From positions 124,001 through 188,000 of the IMG/VR virus record IMGVR_UViG_3300005253_001115: a stretch of 64,000 nucleotides of DNA. The stretch is one strand, 5' to 3'. The notes beneath the pieces were generated by a model. The model did not search any database, was not told where the DNA came from, and saw only the letters and a list, made by a program, of their open reading frames with translations. Shown here piece by piece: positions 19,988 through 29,932 of the stretch. Position 1 is the stretch's first letter. Each line of letters opens with the position of its first letter. Both the position numbers and the translations under genes were made by a program.

Positions 19988-20565
19988 TAGATTGACTCCA
20001 AGTGCTCTATAAACTCTTTTCCTGTCTTGGTATGCTTACTCAAGTTACACGCTGAACAGGTCAAAACTACGTTGGTTATGCAATGTTTCCCACCACGGAT
20101 CAAGGGCACATAGTGATCCATGTGGAAATCTCTGCGTTCCATATTCTTTTTGCAGAAAACGCACAGCCCCTTCTGTTCCTGCCACAACATTTGTTCTATT
20201 TCCAAAGCTGTCTTTTTCGGCCATTCCCCTACTTGGGAAACTTTTAATGCTCGTCTCTTTCTTTCTGCTTGCCTGTGTTCTGCTTTTCCCTCGGCCGTTT
20301 GTCTTCTAGCTTTGCCGTAGGCTCTTTGGGCTTCAGCAATATGCTTTTGTTTTCTGTGCTCTCTTTGATATTTTGCCGCCCGTTCTTGAAATTCGGGATC
20401 ACTTCTCCTGACTTCTGCGCGTAGCCTACGAGATTCCCTAAATTCGGTATTTTCCATGCTTAGGGCATGACTGGAACTTCTTCGAACTAGCTTGCACTCC
20501 GAGCAAAAATGCTTAGTTAGACCCCTCTTCTTTTCCAGCCTACTTCCGCACATCTCACACGCCAT
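19987..20565 (-). mobile_element. Free-standing HNH homing endonuclease
   Basis: CVFC...HMDHYVPLIRGGKHCITNVVLTCSACNLSK; N-terminal CxxC/CxxC and a basic linker; AT-richer than its flanks. Confidence 0.9.
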
Positions 20566-21070
20566 TGTACGTTTCTCCTGTAATCACTGGTGTCGGATTT
20601 AGGGCCTTAGTTCGTATCTCCTGAACCTGCTGGCTGCTGCCCGGTGGCAACAGTTGATTCAGCGCTACAGGCTTCTGTTCAATCCTTGCTGATGCTTCTA
20701 CTGACGGTCCTGATGTGGTTAGTACAGATAGGCCGAACAGGATCTCTGTCTGGTCGTTCTTGAACACCTGAATCTGTTCAATAGCCGCAATTTCTTCTTG
20801 TGCTGTGGTGAACGCGCTAGTCCTCTGCAAACTACGCAGCCGCTCAACAGCGTCAAGAACGTAGGATGTTACCTGAGCCTTGCTGATGTTGAACACAGGT
20901 GACGTGTCTGTCAAAACCAGTTCCGAGCCGTAATCCCTGTCGAGATCTAGGTGGGTCAAAAGTACCTCCGCCAGATCTTGGCTAACCTTGCCAAAGTTCC
21001 CGAGAGGGTCCAGACGACCATTTACGTCGAAGAAGATGTCACCATCTACCATTCTGAATGTGGTTGTCAT
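20555..21070 (-). CDS. Baseplate gp25/GPW-like protein
   Basis: DGDIFFD.NGRL...KVSQDLAEVLLT...DYGSEL...EEIAAIEQIQV; position upstream of gpJ. Confidence 0.7.
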   Translation of the reverse strand: MTTTFRMVDGDIFFDVNGRLDPLGNFGKVSQDLAEVLLTHLDLDRDYGSELVLTDTSPVFNISKAQVTSYVLDAVERLRSLQRTSAFTTAQEEIAAIEQIQVFKNDQTEILFGLSVLTTSGPSVEASARIEQKPVALNQLLPPGSSQQVQEIRTKALNPTPVITGETYNGV

Positions 21071-21756
21071 TATCTCGCTCCCGTAACGCGCGCCTGGATA
21101 TCCGTAATAACGTTGCGCCAGGATAGAAGCTCTTCCGCGATCCTATTGTCCGCAATACCGGAGATAGCGTCTCCTGTCCTTACCCTAGAAATACGAGCCT
21201 GATCCATAACTTCATTCATAACTACGCGATATTCCGCTCGTTTCAACTCAGAGGCAATCTGACCCATGGCTGCCTGAGAATCACGCATGATGAGGCTTAT
21301 CTCAGGCACCCCAGAGAAGCGAGAAGGGGGGAATTTCTCAGGCTTGACTGTGGGTCCGGGATCTACCTGCTGAAAGGTATCCCTGAAGGCTGCAAACCGC
21401 TGTGTCCTGCCAGTCAGCTCTTTGGCCTTGGCCATCGCGTCCGTTTTCTCCTCCAGATAGGCTTCTGCGAGGAGGTTGTCTCTGTCCAGCCTCTTTAGCT
21501 GTAGATTTGCGGCCTCGTTGAACCAGACGGTCGCAGCGGAGAGCTTTTCAGGGCTTTGGAGAGCCTGTAGAATCAGGAACGCTTCGAACTGCCGGGAGAT
21601 GGTCTGATTAGGCACATCCCCGATCTTCTGGGTTCCAGCATTGAAGAAGCGGGGAAGGTCAATCGTCTTATCAGAGGCAAAAAGCTGCACGCGCAGCCGT
21701 TCCTCTTTGGTGAGGTTGTTGAAAATATTTGTGTTAAGGAATGTGTCAAGTGACAT
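21070..21756 (-). CDS. Hypothetical helical protein (baseplate module)
   Basis: 228 aa ORF coupled by TAATG overlaps. Confidence 0.55.
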   Translation of the reverse strand: MSLDTFLNTNIFNNLTKEERLRVQLFASDKTIDLPRFFNAGTQKIGDVPNQTISRQFEAFLILQALQSPEKLSAATVWFNEAANLQLKRLDRDNLLAEAYLEEKTDAMAKAKELTGRTQRFAAFRDTFQQVDPGPTVKPEKFPPSRFSGVPEISLIMRDSQAAMGQIASELKRAEYRVVMNEVMDQARISRVRTGDAISGIADNRIAEELLSWRNVITDIQARVTGAR

Positions 21757-23840
21757 TAAGACTTTCTCAGTTCTGTTACGAGGTTTCTGATCGAATCCCC
21801 GGAGAGGCGGGCAACAAAGAACCTAGCATCGTTGATGGCGCACCCGTAGTTAGAGCCGTAGACTCCTAGGTCTCGAATTGTCGAAATCGCTGTCCGCCGC
21901 AGCACGTCGAAGCTATCTCTAATCTGCCGCAGGGCTTCTTCTTGTCCATTTTCCAGCGGGATGCTGAATGCTTCAGGGAACTCAGCCGACGGCAGTAGTG
22001 CGTCTATCACCGTTACAGGCAAGCTTAGGAGCCTTCCAACCGGATCTTCCTCACTGTCGCCGCGCAGTGCCGAAGCAAACGTCCCTACTTGTAGAGATAC
22101 GCTATTGAAGAGAACTTTTGCCTCGGGAGTAGACAACAGTACCGTTTGGATCTGTGACCGTAATTCCTCAATCCCTGCGGGAAGTTCCGTAACTAAGTTG
22201 CTTGTAGCGGGTTCACCATCAGCCAGTACGACATTGGTCATGCTGCCAACGGATACGCAACTTGCCAGGAAATCCCTAATGTTTCCGTGCCTGTATGAGC
22301 CCAGATACTCGTCAATCAGCAACCGAAGGGCAGAAAGTCCATCCAGCACCTCTTGGAGGTCCGGGTCGATCTGGAAGTCGAAGTCCTCGGGGAATCCAGT
22401 GATCTGGTCTTGGATTCGGAGAGACTTGACCAGATTACAGGCCCTAGTGAGCGTGTTGTTGGTGGACTCGACCGTTCTGGCTCCGGCTATCCTAGGAGCG
22501 GGATCAGGAGGAGTAAGAAACGTCGAGTAGGCTGTCTGAAGACTAACGATGTCGGCCAGCACGGCAAGCAAGGCTTCTGTGATGTCGCGTTGACTAGAAT
22601 TTTCTCGCCCGACGATTACCCGGTGGGCGTCCAAAGAGGCGACTACCCGCTTCGAGGCCGTTACTACATCCTGCCTAAATGTCGGGCTCAGGTTCAAGGC
22701 ACTGCTGGTGAATCTTAGTGTGTCCGGCTCCTGCTGTAGCAAGAACCCCAGAGCCCTGCGCTCAACTTCGTTACTTGTCTGGGGGAACACAGTGACTCGC
22801 AGTTCGTTTGCGTTCAGGTTTGCACCTGTGTAATTCTGATCGTCACGGTTCACCAGAGAGTGTTCCAATTCTGTTTCTGTGACGCCTGCCTCAAAGGCAC
22901 CTGACACCACCTCCGTGTCGGAAAGCACAGTAGTACCAAAAGTCATTTGGGCCAAGAAACGAAAGGCATCCTGCTGTACAGCATCCAGAATCCTTAGAAG
23001 CTCAGGCTGTGAGGGAAGTGAACTTGTTGCGAACTGGAAGCGCGCCAGCATGGCGTCTAGTAGGCCCAGGAATACACTGGAGCTGCTGCGTGCTAGGTCA
23101 TCTCCGAAGGATGCAGAACGTATCTGTAGATTGTTTAGGCCGAGCGTCACCTTCATCTTAGAGAAGTTTTCGGACGTGGGGTTTACGGTTCCGTACCACA
23201 CTACTCGGGTGGACATTTGATCCTTGGGCACATCTGAAGATTTGGACAAGGCGTCTAGCTGCTTGTTAATAGCCAGAAATACTGGGAACACAACGTATAC
23301 CAGTTCTGGAAGTTCCGGGAACTGGAAGAACTCGAATGTATCTATACCCAATTCAGCGGCTATCTGGTCTCGCGTCTTAGCAGTGCCATCAGGGTTTCGG
23401 GCATTGGTAGACACTACCTCGAACTTGTTGATAGTAACATCAAACGTGTTCGTCTCAGGAATACCGGGCGGGTGGGCGTCAATACGCTCCGATACCAGAG
23501 TCAGGTTTTTGTCGGCACTTAGGTAGAATTCTCTAAGGTCTTTCAGGTTGCTTTGTGTAGGAGCAGAAGGCACAAACACCGCCCCTAGAGCTGTTACTTC
23601 TGTGTAGGATAGGCGTACCTGATCGTACAAGACAGTGGGGCTGATAGGCGGCAGAGCCCGCTGGCTTACCAACTGATCGTACCCCACCCCCAGAACCTTT
23701 CTAGTGATGGTATCGTACTTGTCCCTCAGGGCTAAGATAGCGGTCGTGCTTAGGTCTAGGCTTCCCAAATTCTCGCGAATCTGGTCCGCGAGGGCTGTAC
23801 CCTCTTCAACAACTCCCCGTACTGCGCTTTGAACAGTCAT
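21756..23840 (-). CDS. Hypothetical large helical protein (baseplate module)
   Basis: 694 aa, L/A/S-rich, coupled on both sides. Confidence 0.55.
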   Translation of the reverse strand: MTVQSAVRGVVEEGTALADQIRENLGSLDLSTTAILALRDKYDTITRKVLGVGYDQLVSQRALPPISPTVLYDQVRLSYTEVTALGAVFVPSAPTQSNLKDLREFYLSADKNLTLVSERIDAHPPGIPETNTFDVTINKFEVVSTNARNPDGTAKTRDQIAAELGIDTFEFFQFPELPELVYVVFPVFLAINKQLDALSKSSDVPKDQMSTRVVWYGTVNPTSENFSKMKVTLGLNNLQIRSASFGDDLARSSSSVFLGLLDAMLARFQFATSSLPSQPELLRILDAVQQDAFRFLAQMTFGTTVLSDTEVVSGAFEAGVTETELEHSLVNRDDQNYTGANLNANELRVTVFPQTSNEVERRALGFLLQQEPDTLRFTSSALNLSPTFRQDVVTASKRVVASLDAHRVIVGRENSSQRDITEALLAVLADIVSLQTAYSTFLTPPDPAPRIAGARTVESTNNTLTRACNLVKSLRIQDQITGFPEDFDFQIDPDLQEVLDGLSALRLLIDEYLGSYRHGNIRDFLASCVSVGSMTNVVLADGEPATSNLVTELPAGIEELRSQIQTVLLSTPEAKVLFNSVSLQVGTFASALRGDSEEDPVGRLLSLPVTVIDALLPSAEFPEAFSIPLENGQEEALRQIRDSFDVLRRTAISTIRDLGVYGSNYGCAINDARFFVARLSGDSIRNLVTELRKS

Positions 23841-25267
23841 TACGATCTAATTGCCTTTGCACTGGACAGACCGCCTGCGGTACCCTTAGTACCGCTGCGG
23901 TCCTTCCTTCCCAGGTTCGGGGCCACGATGCCCGAATTGCTTAGCACGCCACCAGCCCTGATAACACCTGTCACGTCTAGGTTTCCTGCTACTGTCACTA
24001 GAGGTGTCTCTAACACAATAGACTTGGCCAGAACCGTAAACACGTCGCACTCGAAAGAACCAGTGGTTTTCGTGAAACCCATCTTGCTGGCTGATCCCGA
24101 CGAAACCGACAGAGAACCCGTCACCTTGATAAGCTTGTTTCCTTCCACCGTCTCTGTTGAGTTGGCCTTCATGAGGCGAATCTCGTCTCCCGTTACGGTG
24201 ACCCTGTGGATGTTGCCTACTTCCTTGATGTCATCATTACCGATTCGCTGGATCTTATCCACACCAATGCTAACATCCTCGTTGCGTCCGATGGTGCGCT
24301 CAAAGTTGAGACCAATCTGAGCCTTCAGTGTGCCTGCTGGCAGAATGAAAGTTCCACCGATGCTGGCCTCTACCGGGTGCTCAATCTTGAAGTTTCCATT
24401 CTCGTCTAGCTGCACCAGGACTGAGGTTTCGGCGGGCGTGAAATACTCCGCCCGTGCGCGAAGATTCAAACCCGTATCGTCCAGAGTGTAAGGCATACCT
24501 TCGTCGTCAATAGCGTTCCCTGTTCTCGTATCGAACAGAACAGCAGGGGACGCACTCTGTGCATTGGACATCCGAATAAGATATTCCTTTGCAAACCCGC
24601 TGGCATTCTCTCCCCGTTTGCCCTTGTCGTCTGGGAAGAACTTGTCTACGTAACTTCCTGCGTCCTGCCTTCGCACAACGCCAAAGCGTTCCTCGTCCTT
24701 GATGGTGTTCTCGTCGTTCTGGTATCCGCGTCTAATGTGCAACGGAGCCTTCATCCCAAACTCGGCCTCGTCTTGGTCCATCTTCATGCTTATGATGCCC
24801 GCCCGCATGTCAATGTGCGGTCTGCTACCCATGTAGAGGTTGGTCCCGCCGCGCGAAGTAATATCAATCTCACCCTCTTCTAGGGGCCGGAAAGCCTCTG
24901 CTGATACAAGCTCGCCGGAACCGCTGATGAGATTTTCAACGTTTCCCCGGAAGTCAATAAGGCGCTGTTGTGTATCTGTGTGCCAGTATCGCATGTGCTC
25001 CGGCTCTTGGGAGTCACTACGGGTGATTAAGAGAGTTCCCATGCCAGCTTCGGGCGCAGCGCGCATCCAAGCAGAGCGGCCCAGGTGGGGCTGGGGGTTA
25101 GCTATGATTCGGCGTCCACCGTGGCTGTCCACCATTGTGGTATCGGATTGGGCGTTGTATTCCTTGATGAACCCAAAATACGGCCTATCAGTCCCCTGCA
25201 ATTTAGCTACGGTCTTCTGCTTAGCCTTGCGCAATAGCTGTGCTCTGGTTTCTACGTTTCTAGCCAT
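23840..25267 (-). CDS. Baseplate central spike (gp5/gpV/VgrG C-terminus-like)
   Basis: N-terminal OB-fold-like segment (WMRAAPEAGMGTLL); 8-residue beta-helix repeats IGLNFERT-IGRNEDVS-IGVDKIQR-IGNDDIKE-VGNIHRVT-VTGDEIRL; C-terminal VTVAGNLDVTGVI. Confidence 0.75.
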   Translation of the reverse strand: MARNVETRAQLLRKAKQKTVAKLQGTDRPYFGFIKEYNAQSDTTMVDSHGGRRIIANPQPHLGRSAWMRAAPEAGMGTLLITRSDSQEPEHMRYWHTDTQQRLIDFRGNVENLISGSGELVSAEAFRPLEEGEIDITSRGGTNLYMGSRPHIDMRAGIISMKMDQDEAEFGMKAPLHIRRGYQNDENTIKDEERFGVVRRQDAGSYVDKFFPDDKGKRGENASGFAKEYLIRMSNAQSASPAVLFDTRTGNAIDDEGMPYTLDDTGLNLRARAEYFTPAETSVLVQLDENGNFKIEHPVEASIGGTFILPAGTLKAQIGLNFERTIGRNEDVSIGVDKIQRIGNDDIKEVGNIHRVTVTGDEIRLMKANSTETVEGNKLIKVTGSLSVSSGSASKMGFTKTTGSFECDVFTVLAKSIVLETPLVTVAGNLDVTGVIRAGGVLSNSGIVAPNLGRKDRSGTKGTAGGLSSAKAIRS

Positions 25268-25268
25268 C

Positions 25269-28200
25269 TTAACCCTGATCCTCGTCCTCGTCGCCGAAAT
25301 CGAATTCGTACTTAAACCGGCTCTGCTCGGCCTGCACTTCTATAGCGCCTGCCTCTGTGCTGGGTGTTGCGGCTACGTCCGACGTTGCAAAGACCAGCAC
25401 CCCGACAGTAGACTGGAAGCCTTGACCCGATGGCAGTACCCCTGCCGTCTCGGCCTCTTCGACAGCGGCCTTAGCTTCGGCAGATTTCGCTACTTCGACA
25501 GGATCTACCTCTCCCGGGAACAGCTCGCTGTACGCACTCTTTAGAGGTTGCGCAATTTTCTCCCATGCCGCACCTAGCTTCTTATTGACAGCTCCCTTAG
25601 TCTTTTTCCAGTTTTCCAGTGTTAACGGGTTCTTAATCCCGTCGGGACCAAGATCGAATTCGGCTGCGACCATATCGAAATCACCCTTCCACTTGTAAGT
25701 TAGTTTTCTCCAGTATCCGTCTGCTGCTATAGTCTGCTCGTTAATATCGGCGGAGTCTCCAATGCCCAGGCCCTCCCTTTGTTCAGAGGATAGACCAAAT
25801 AGACCGTAGGACCCGTCCAGCAAGCGGTTTAGCGGATTCCAGCCACTATTCTGTTGGGCCATAGCCAGGAACCTACCTACAGACTCGGCAGACGGAACAG
25901 GGCTTCCGCCGGGTTCAGCTATGTCTTGAACGCCCGTTGACACCTGAGCGCTTGTTTCTGTTTGTAAAGGTTCTTCCTTGGCAGGCAGAGAGGTAGTCCT
26001 ATCCTCAGACCCAGCTAGGACGGGGGTTCCTTTAGCCGAACCGGTGGCAGGTGTAATAGTGCTGTTCTCGAAGATTTCCCTGTAGGTGATCGGCATAGTA
26101 GTACCACTGAAGATAAAGGTGTAGTTGGCCGTGCCGTCGGGTCGGAATATCTGTCTTCGCACGTATCTAGTGGTGATGGCCGTGTTACCCTCCTTGAACA
26201 CCGTCAGGGAGTTGTTCACGACCGTAGTGAGCCCGATACGCTTCCTCTCCATGTGTTCCATGGGACGGTTGGGTAGAATCCACGGGCGATAATTGAAGGC
26301 CATGTTCATTTTGTTGGACTCGGCCAGCTTCTTCTGGAACTCGATCTGCGCAAGACGGCCCAGGGCGTCAACTTGGGATACGAACGGCAAAGTAAGTTCG
26401 TGCTCTAGCACCCCGTACCTCATCATCATCATAGGGGACACCACCACAGCCTTAGGTTGGATGAAGTCAGGAATATTGGACGCCTCTCCTTCCGGCCGGA
26501 TACGCCCATGAGCGATAACGCAAGTAACCATATCACCCGCCTCATCCTGAATGGTGTCGCTTGTGAGATGCTTGTCTACCTTGAAGACTGTGCTATACTC
26601 TCCGTAATCCTCAGGCATGAAGTCATACTGTGGAAACTCTACAATGAAATCCCCCATGGGAGAAACCCAGAACTGGTAGTCGATACGGGCAGAGAAGTCC
26701 TGCATGATGTCGAGTCGGGAACGGAAGTCAATCTGGTTGCTGTTGGCGTTCTCCACGTCGGAATCGAGAAGGTTCTTGGCTCCGGTGCCGGAAGCTGGCA
26801 AAAGAAAGTGTACATACTGCTTGTGCGGTGACCACTCTCCGTCGTGCGTTGTTGCCTTGCCAATGTAGGTCGCTTCTGCGGCCGTAAGATAGCGGCGATC
26901 TAAATTCCCTGTTGCTGCCGCAACCTTTTCAGCCGAGACGCTACCTTGAGTGGAATTAAGTAGTTGCTCTTCCTTCTCGGTGGTCTTCTTAATGGTCTTG
27001 ATTACACCCCCCACCTTTTCAGAAGCATCCCCGTCTAGTGAAACTCTGCGAAACTGGTTTGCCCCGTTGGTTCCGAACAAACAAAGAGCATGCCAGTGTT
27101 CTAGCGGGTCGGGTGCTATCTTTTTTTCCGCCTTGCTATCTCCGGGGCGGTATGAGATCTTCTCACCGAGCGTGAAGTCACCAATTCCTCGCCGGAACTT
27201 GGATTCACCAAATGCTTTGTTCAGTTCTTCCGATTCTGTGGACGTTCCTGTAATGAGGAACTCCATAACGTCTTCATAGCGCTTGGCTTGAAGAGGGTGT
27301 CCTTGGATTGTGGGACTCAACAGGTCAGTAAATAACGATGCAGAGCCCGCCGCATCCTTGCCCTGGAACAAGGCGCGAGGATTAGTTACACCGGTTACGG
27401 CAGTTTCCTGTACACGCATCTTAGCGGCTATAGCGCGAATGTCGTAACAAGAAATCTTAACCTGTGACTGTCCGTTGATGTAGTTAGTGTCGTAACTGAT
27501 CTCCGATAGATAGCCGGTGAAGGCAGGCATCCACTCGTTCGCTTCCCGTATCGGGTTCTTTCTAAAAACTCGGATAGGATCGTGCTTGTGGAACACTGTA
27601 GACATGAACCCTAGCTGCCACCGCCTGTCTGTAAGGCCGGTATTAGCCTGGAAGGTAGTCTTTTCGGCTCGATTCTTCTTAGGTGCTACGGCCTCGCCCT
27701 TTACAGGAGGTACAACTTTTCCGGTAGCGTTGGATACCGCATCTATCTGCTTGCCTGTTGCGTCGATATTTTCCACACCTTGTGTGATGGACACCTGGGT
27801 CAATCTCATTTTCTCGATATCAACGAGCGGGTTCCTGTTAAGGTCATTTTTGTACTCGATCAAATCCTTCTTGGCCTGCTCGCTGTACTTTCTCTCGCCT
27901 TGTCCGTCTGCGGTTCGGAACGTGCCCTTCAAGTCATTATTGAAACCCATGTTCTCTTGGGTGATGACAAAGTTATTCATGGCATTGTTTAGAGTGAGAT
28001 TGCACTCGTTCCAACCGTCCTTGTCAACTATGTTGATGTTTAGCTGACCCACTAAGTAACCGGAAACGTCCACGCCACTGATGAATACCATGACATCGTG
28101 AGAAAAGACTTGGTTCTTATGCTCCACAAACTTTACTTGGGGGCGTGTAATGTAAGGGAAGTTCGAAACACCGGCTTGCTCCAAAAGCCCTTCGGATTCC

Positions 28201-28790
28201 AGCTCCTTTACAGCCGCAAGTTCGTTTAGGCCCTGAGTTTCTAGATCCGCGTCTTTGGGAGCTTCCTTGATACCTGTTGAATTGGCAGTCTCGTCCCCCT
28301 CCTGAGCAGCACCTGGATCTACTTGGACTCGCTTGATTAGGTTTCTCGCGAGTTCGCCCTGGGGAGACAGCTTAGCCGCTTCTGTGCCAGAGCCGTTTGC
28401 GTTAACGCCATAGCGGATGCCGGTCTTTCCGCCGGTTGGGAAGAACGAAACGGTGCCTATCTGGTGACCGGCAGAGACCTTCTCTCCCACTTGTACATTG
28501 ACAGATCCCAAATTTGCATAGGAGGTATTTGGGAATTCTGCAAGATTTACGTTGGGGTCAGACGGGGTGCGGCCGGAGAGGTCCGTGCCATTCTCTGTAG
28601 CGGCCAGAATAATGGTGAAGAACTTTTGGGACTTGATGATGGACTTGACGCGGCCGGGGTGTGTAGAACGGACCGGATCGCCTCCCCGAGCAAAGATGGA
28701 GAGCCTTTTGTCCTTAGCACCCAGGGGACCGACTTCCGCTTTGTCCTTGTCTATCGGAGACTTCATCCTGTCTAGAGAGTCTGTTGTCAT
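25269..28790 (-). CDS. Baseplate hub protein (gp27/gpD-like) with degenerate M23-like and lytic-transglycosylase-like domains
   Basis: Core: VMVFISGVDVS, FTGYLSEISY..VKISCYD, YQFWVSPMGDFIVEFPQYD, MRYGV, PWILPNRP. N-terminal M23-like and C-terminal SLT-like segments. Upstream of the spike gene. Confidence 0.7.
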   Translation of the reverse strand: MTTDSLDRMKSPIDKDKAEVGPLGAKDKRLSIFARGGDPVRSTHPGRVKSIIKSQKFFTIILAATENGTDLSGRTPSDPNVNLAEFPNTSYANLGSVNVQVGEKVSAGHQIGTVSFFPTGGKTGIRYGVNANGSGTEAAKLSPQGELARNLIKRVQVDPGAAQEGDETANSTGIKEAPKDADLETQGLNELAAVKELESEGLLEQAGVSNFPYITRPQVKFVEHKNQVFSHDVMVFISGVDVSGYLVGQLNINIVDKDGWNECNLTLNNAMNNFVITQENMGFNNDLKGTFRTADGQGERKYSEQAKKDLIEYKNDLNRNPLVDIEKMRLTQVSITQGVENIDATGKQIDAVSNATGKVVPPVKGEAVAPKKNRAEKTTFQANTGLTDRRWQLGFMSTVFHKHDPIRVFRKNPIREANEWMPAFTGYLSEISYDTNYINGQSQVKISCYDIRAIAAKMRVQETAVTGVTNPRALFQGKDAAGSASLFTDLLSPTIQGHPLQAKRYEDVMEFLITGTSTESEELNKAFGESKFRRGIGDFTLGEKISYRPGDSKAEKKIAPDPLEHWHALCLFGTNGANQFRRVSLDGDASEKVGGVIKTIKKTTEKEEQLLNSTQGSVSAEKVAAATGNLDRRYLTAAEATYIGKATTHDGEWSPHKQYVHFLLPASGTGAKNLLDSDVENANSNQIDFRSRLDIMQDFSARIDYQFWVSPMGDFIVEFPQYDFMPEDYGEYSTVFKVDKHLTSDTIQDEAGDMVTCVIAHGRIRPEGEASNIPDFIQPKAVVVSPMMMMRYGVLEHELTLPFVSQVDALGRLAQIEFQKKLAESNKMNMAFNYRPWILPNRPMEHMERKRIGLTTVVNNSLTVFKEGNTAITTRYVRRQIFRPDGTANYTFIFSGTTMPITYREIFENSTITPATGSAKGTPVLAGSEDRTTSLPAKEEPLQTETSAQVSTGVQDIAEPGGSPVPSAESVGRFLAMAQQNSGWNPLNRLLDGSYGLFGLSSEQREGLGIGDSADINEQTIAADGYWRKLTYKWKGDFDMVAAEFDLGPDGIKNPLTLENWKKTKGAVNKKLGAAWEKIAQPLKSAYSELFPGEVDPVEVAKSAEAKAAVEEAETAGVLPSGQGFQSTVGVLVFATSDVAATPSTEAGAIEVQAEQSRFKYEFDFGDEDEDQG

Positions 28791-28861
28791 TATTGTGCCT
28801 GATGCTGGAACCCGGGCACCTCATCGACGCTCTCCGGGTATAAGTCTACGTAAAGCTTCTC

Positions 28862-29416
28862 CTAAGAGATAACCTCTCCCGCTCCCGGAAGCTCTGGCAG
28901 CACATCTTCGTCCTCAGGGGCTTCATCTTCGACAATTTGTACCCCAAGGGCACCCAAAATTTGTTCAGCACTTGTGGGGCTGTTCACTGTAATTTGCGCA
29001 GTCTTTGCCAGCCACGGGTGCATACCTGTAGGCGTAAAAGAAACCGCCACTATCGGGATTCCCCAGAGAGCAGCCAGCAGCGGGATTTCCAAAGTGGACC
29101 CGTTCTCCACAACCACAGCGTCAGCACGGAGCAGAAGCCACTGGTCACGCCATACGAGGTGATCGGTGCTGGCAAGCTGGTCAGCTTGCAGCAAGGTGTC
29201 CCGGGCTTCTGACAGGGACTTCCAGAGTCCAGCATCGAGCTGGAACCCCTCGGCGAACCGAGCTGCCCTCTCGGCAGGTTCCTTGTCGGCCAGAATCTCA
29301 GCCAGAGACTCCTCTTGCATAGAGAATGGATACCCGGGCGTAAAGGCGGGCACCAGTCCCCGCAGGGACAATGCCCACGGCGGCTCCTTACCGTTGTAGT
29401 GCATGTAAATGAACAT
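28862..29416 (-). CDS. Hypothetical protein, weak nucleoside 2-deoxyribosyltransferase-like pattern
   Basis: WRDQWLLLRADAVVV..GSTLEIPLLAALWGIPIVAV resembles the NDT 'D...I..AD.vv...GT..E.G.A...gkPv' pattern. Confidence 0.35.
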   Translation of the reverse strand: MFIYMHYNGKEPPWALSLRGLVPAFTPGYPFSMQEESLAEILADKEPAERAARFAEGFQLDAGLWKSLSEARDTLLQADQLASTDHLVWRDQWLLLRADAVVVENGSTLEIPLLAALWGIPIVAVSFTPTGMHPWLAKTAQITVNSPTSAEQILGALGVQIVEDEAPEDEDVLPELPGAGEVIS

Positions 29417-29932
29417 CTACTTCTTCTTTACCCCCGGCCCCCTAACGTGCCCCGGGGAAAACAACCTGTCCACAGTGTGCTCTGCGATACGGTCTGCCAG
29501 TTCCGACCCGAGGCCAAAGGCCCAGGCCATTTCTCGCATCATTCCGACGATGGCCATGTTACCGGCAGCCCTCTCGAATTTCTCATCCTCGAAACCAGTG
29601 TCTATGCCACGGGCTTCCATCATCGTGGTGAAAGCGATCACAATGTTGTGAGCAGCCTCTTGTCTGGTAAAGGACCGGGCCAGAATCTCATCTAGAGACC
29701 GGAAGTAGTTGATGCCTATCTGGTGATTCCTGCGTTTCTTCCCGTCCTTGCTCCTCTCGGGCTCTGGTTCCGGCTTGGGCTTGGGCGTGCGAACCGGACG
29801 GTTGTACTTGTCCGGCTCCAGATCCAGGCCAGGACCTTCTCCGTCTACAATCTGATCCCGCATGGATAGCGAATCTGGGTGGTCTTCCGACCTAACGCGC
29901 ACAGCACCCACGCCTCTCTTAGGTCTAGGCAT
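29417..29932 (-). CDS. Hypothetical protein
   Basis: 171 aa, P/K/E-rich N-terminal half and helical C-terminal half; overlaps the upstream gene. Confidence 0.5.
   Translation of the reverse strand: MPRPKRGVGAVRVRSEDHPDSLSMRDQIVDGEGPGLDLEPDKYNRPVRTPKPKPEPEPERSKDGKKRRNHQIGINYFRSLDEILARSFTRQEAAHNIVIAFTTMMEARGIDTGFEDEKFERAAGNMAIVGMMREMAWAFGLGSELADRIAEHTVDRLFSPGHVRGPGVKKK

Noticed and set aside
27119-27128. A-run (AAAAAAAG on the coding strand) as a programmed frameshift site
   Set aside because: It lies mid-gene in an uninterrupted 1173-aa ORF with no supported alternative-frame product.
14964-28790. Interpretation as eCIS, T6SS or tailocin
   Set aside because: The module is embedded among ligase, DnaB, clamp, exonuclease and homing-endonuclease genes typical of a lytic phage; no T6SS membrane complex or eCIS ATPase seen.
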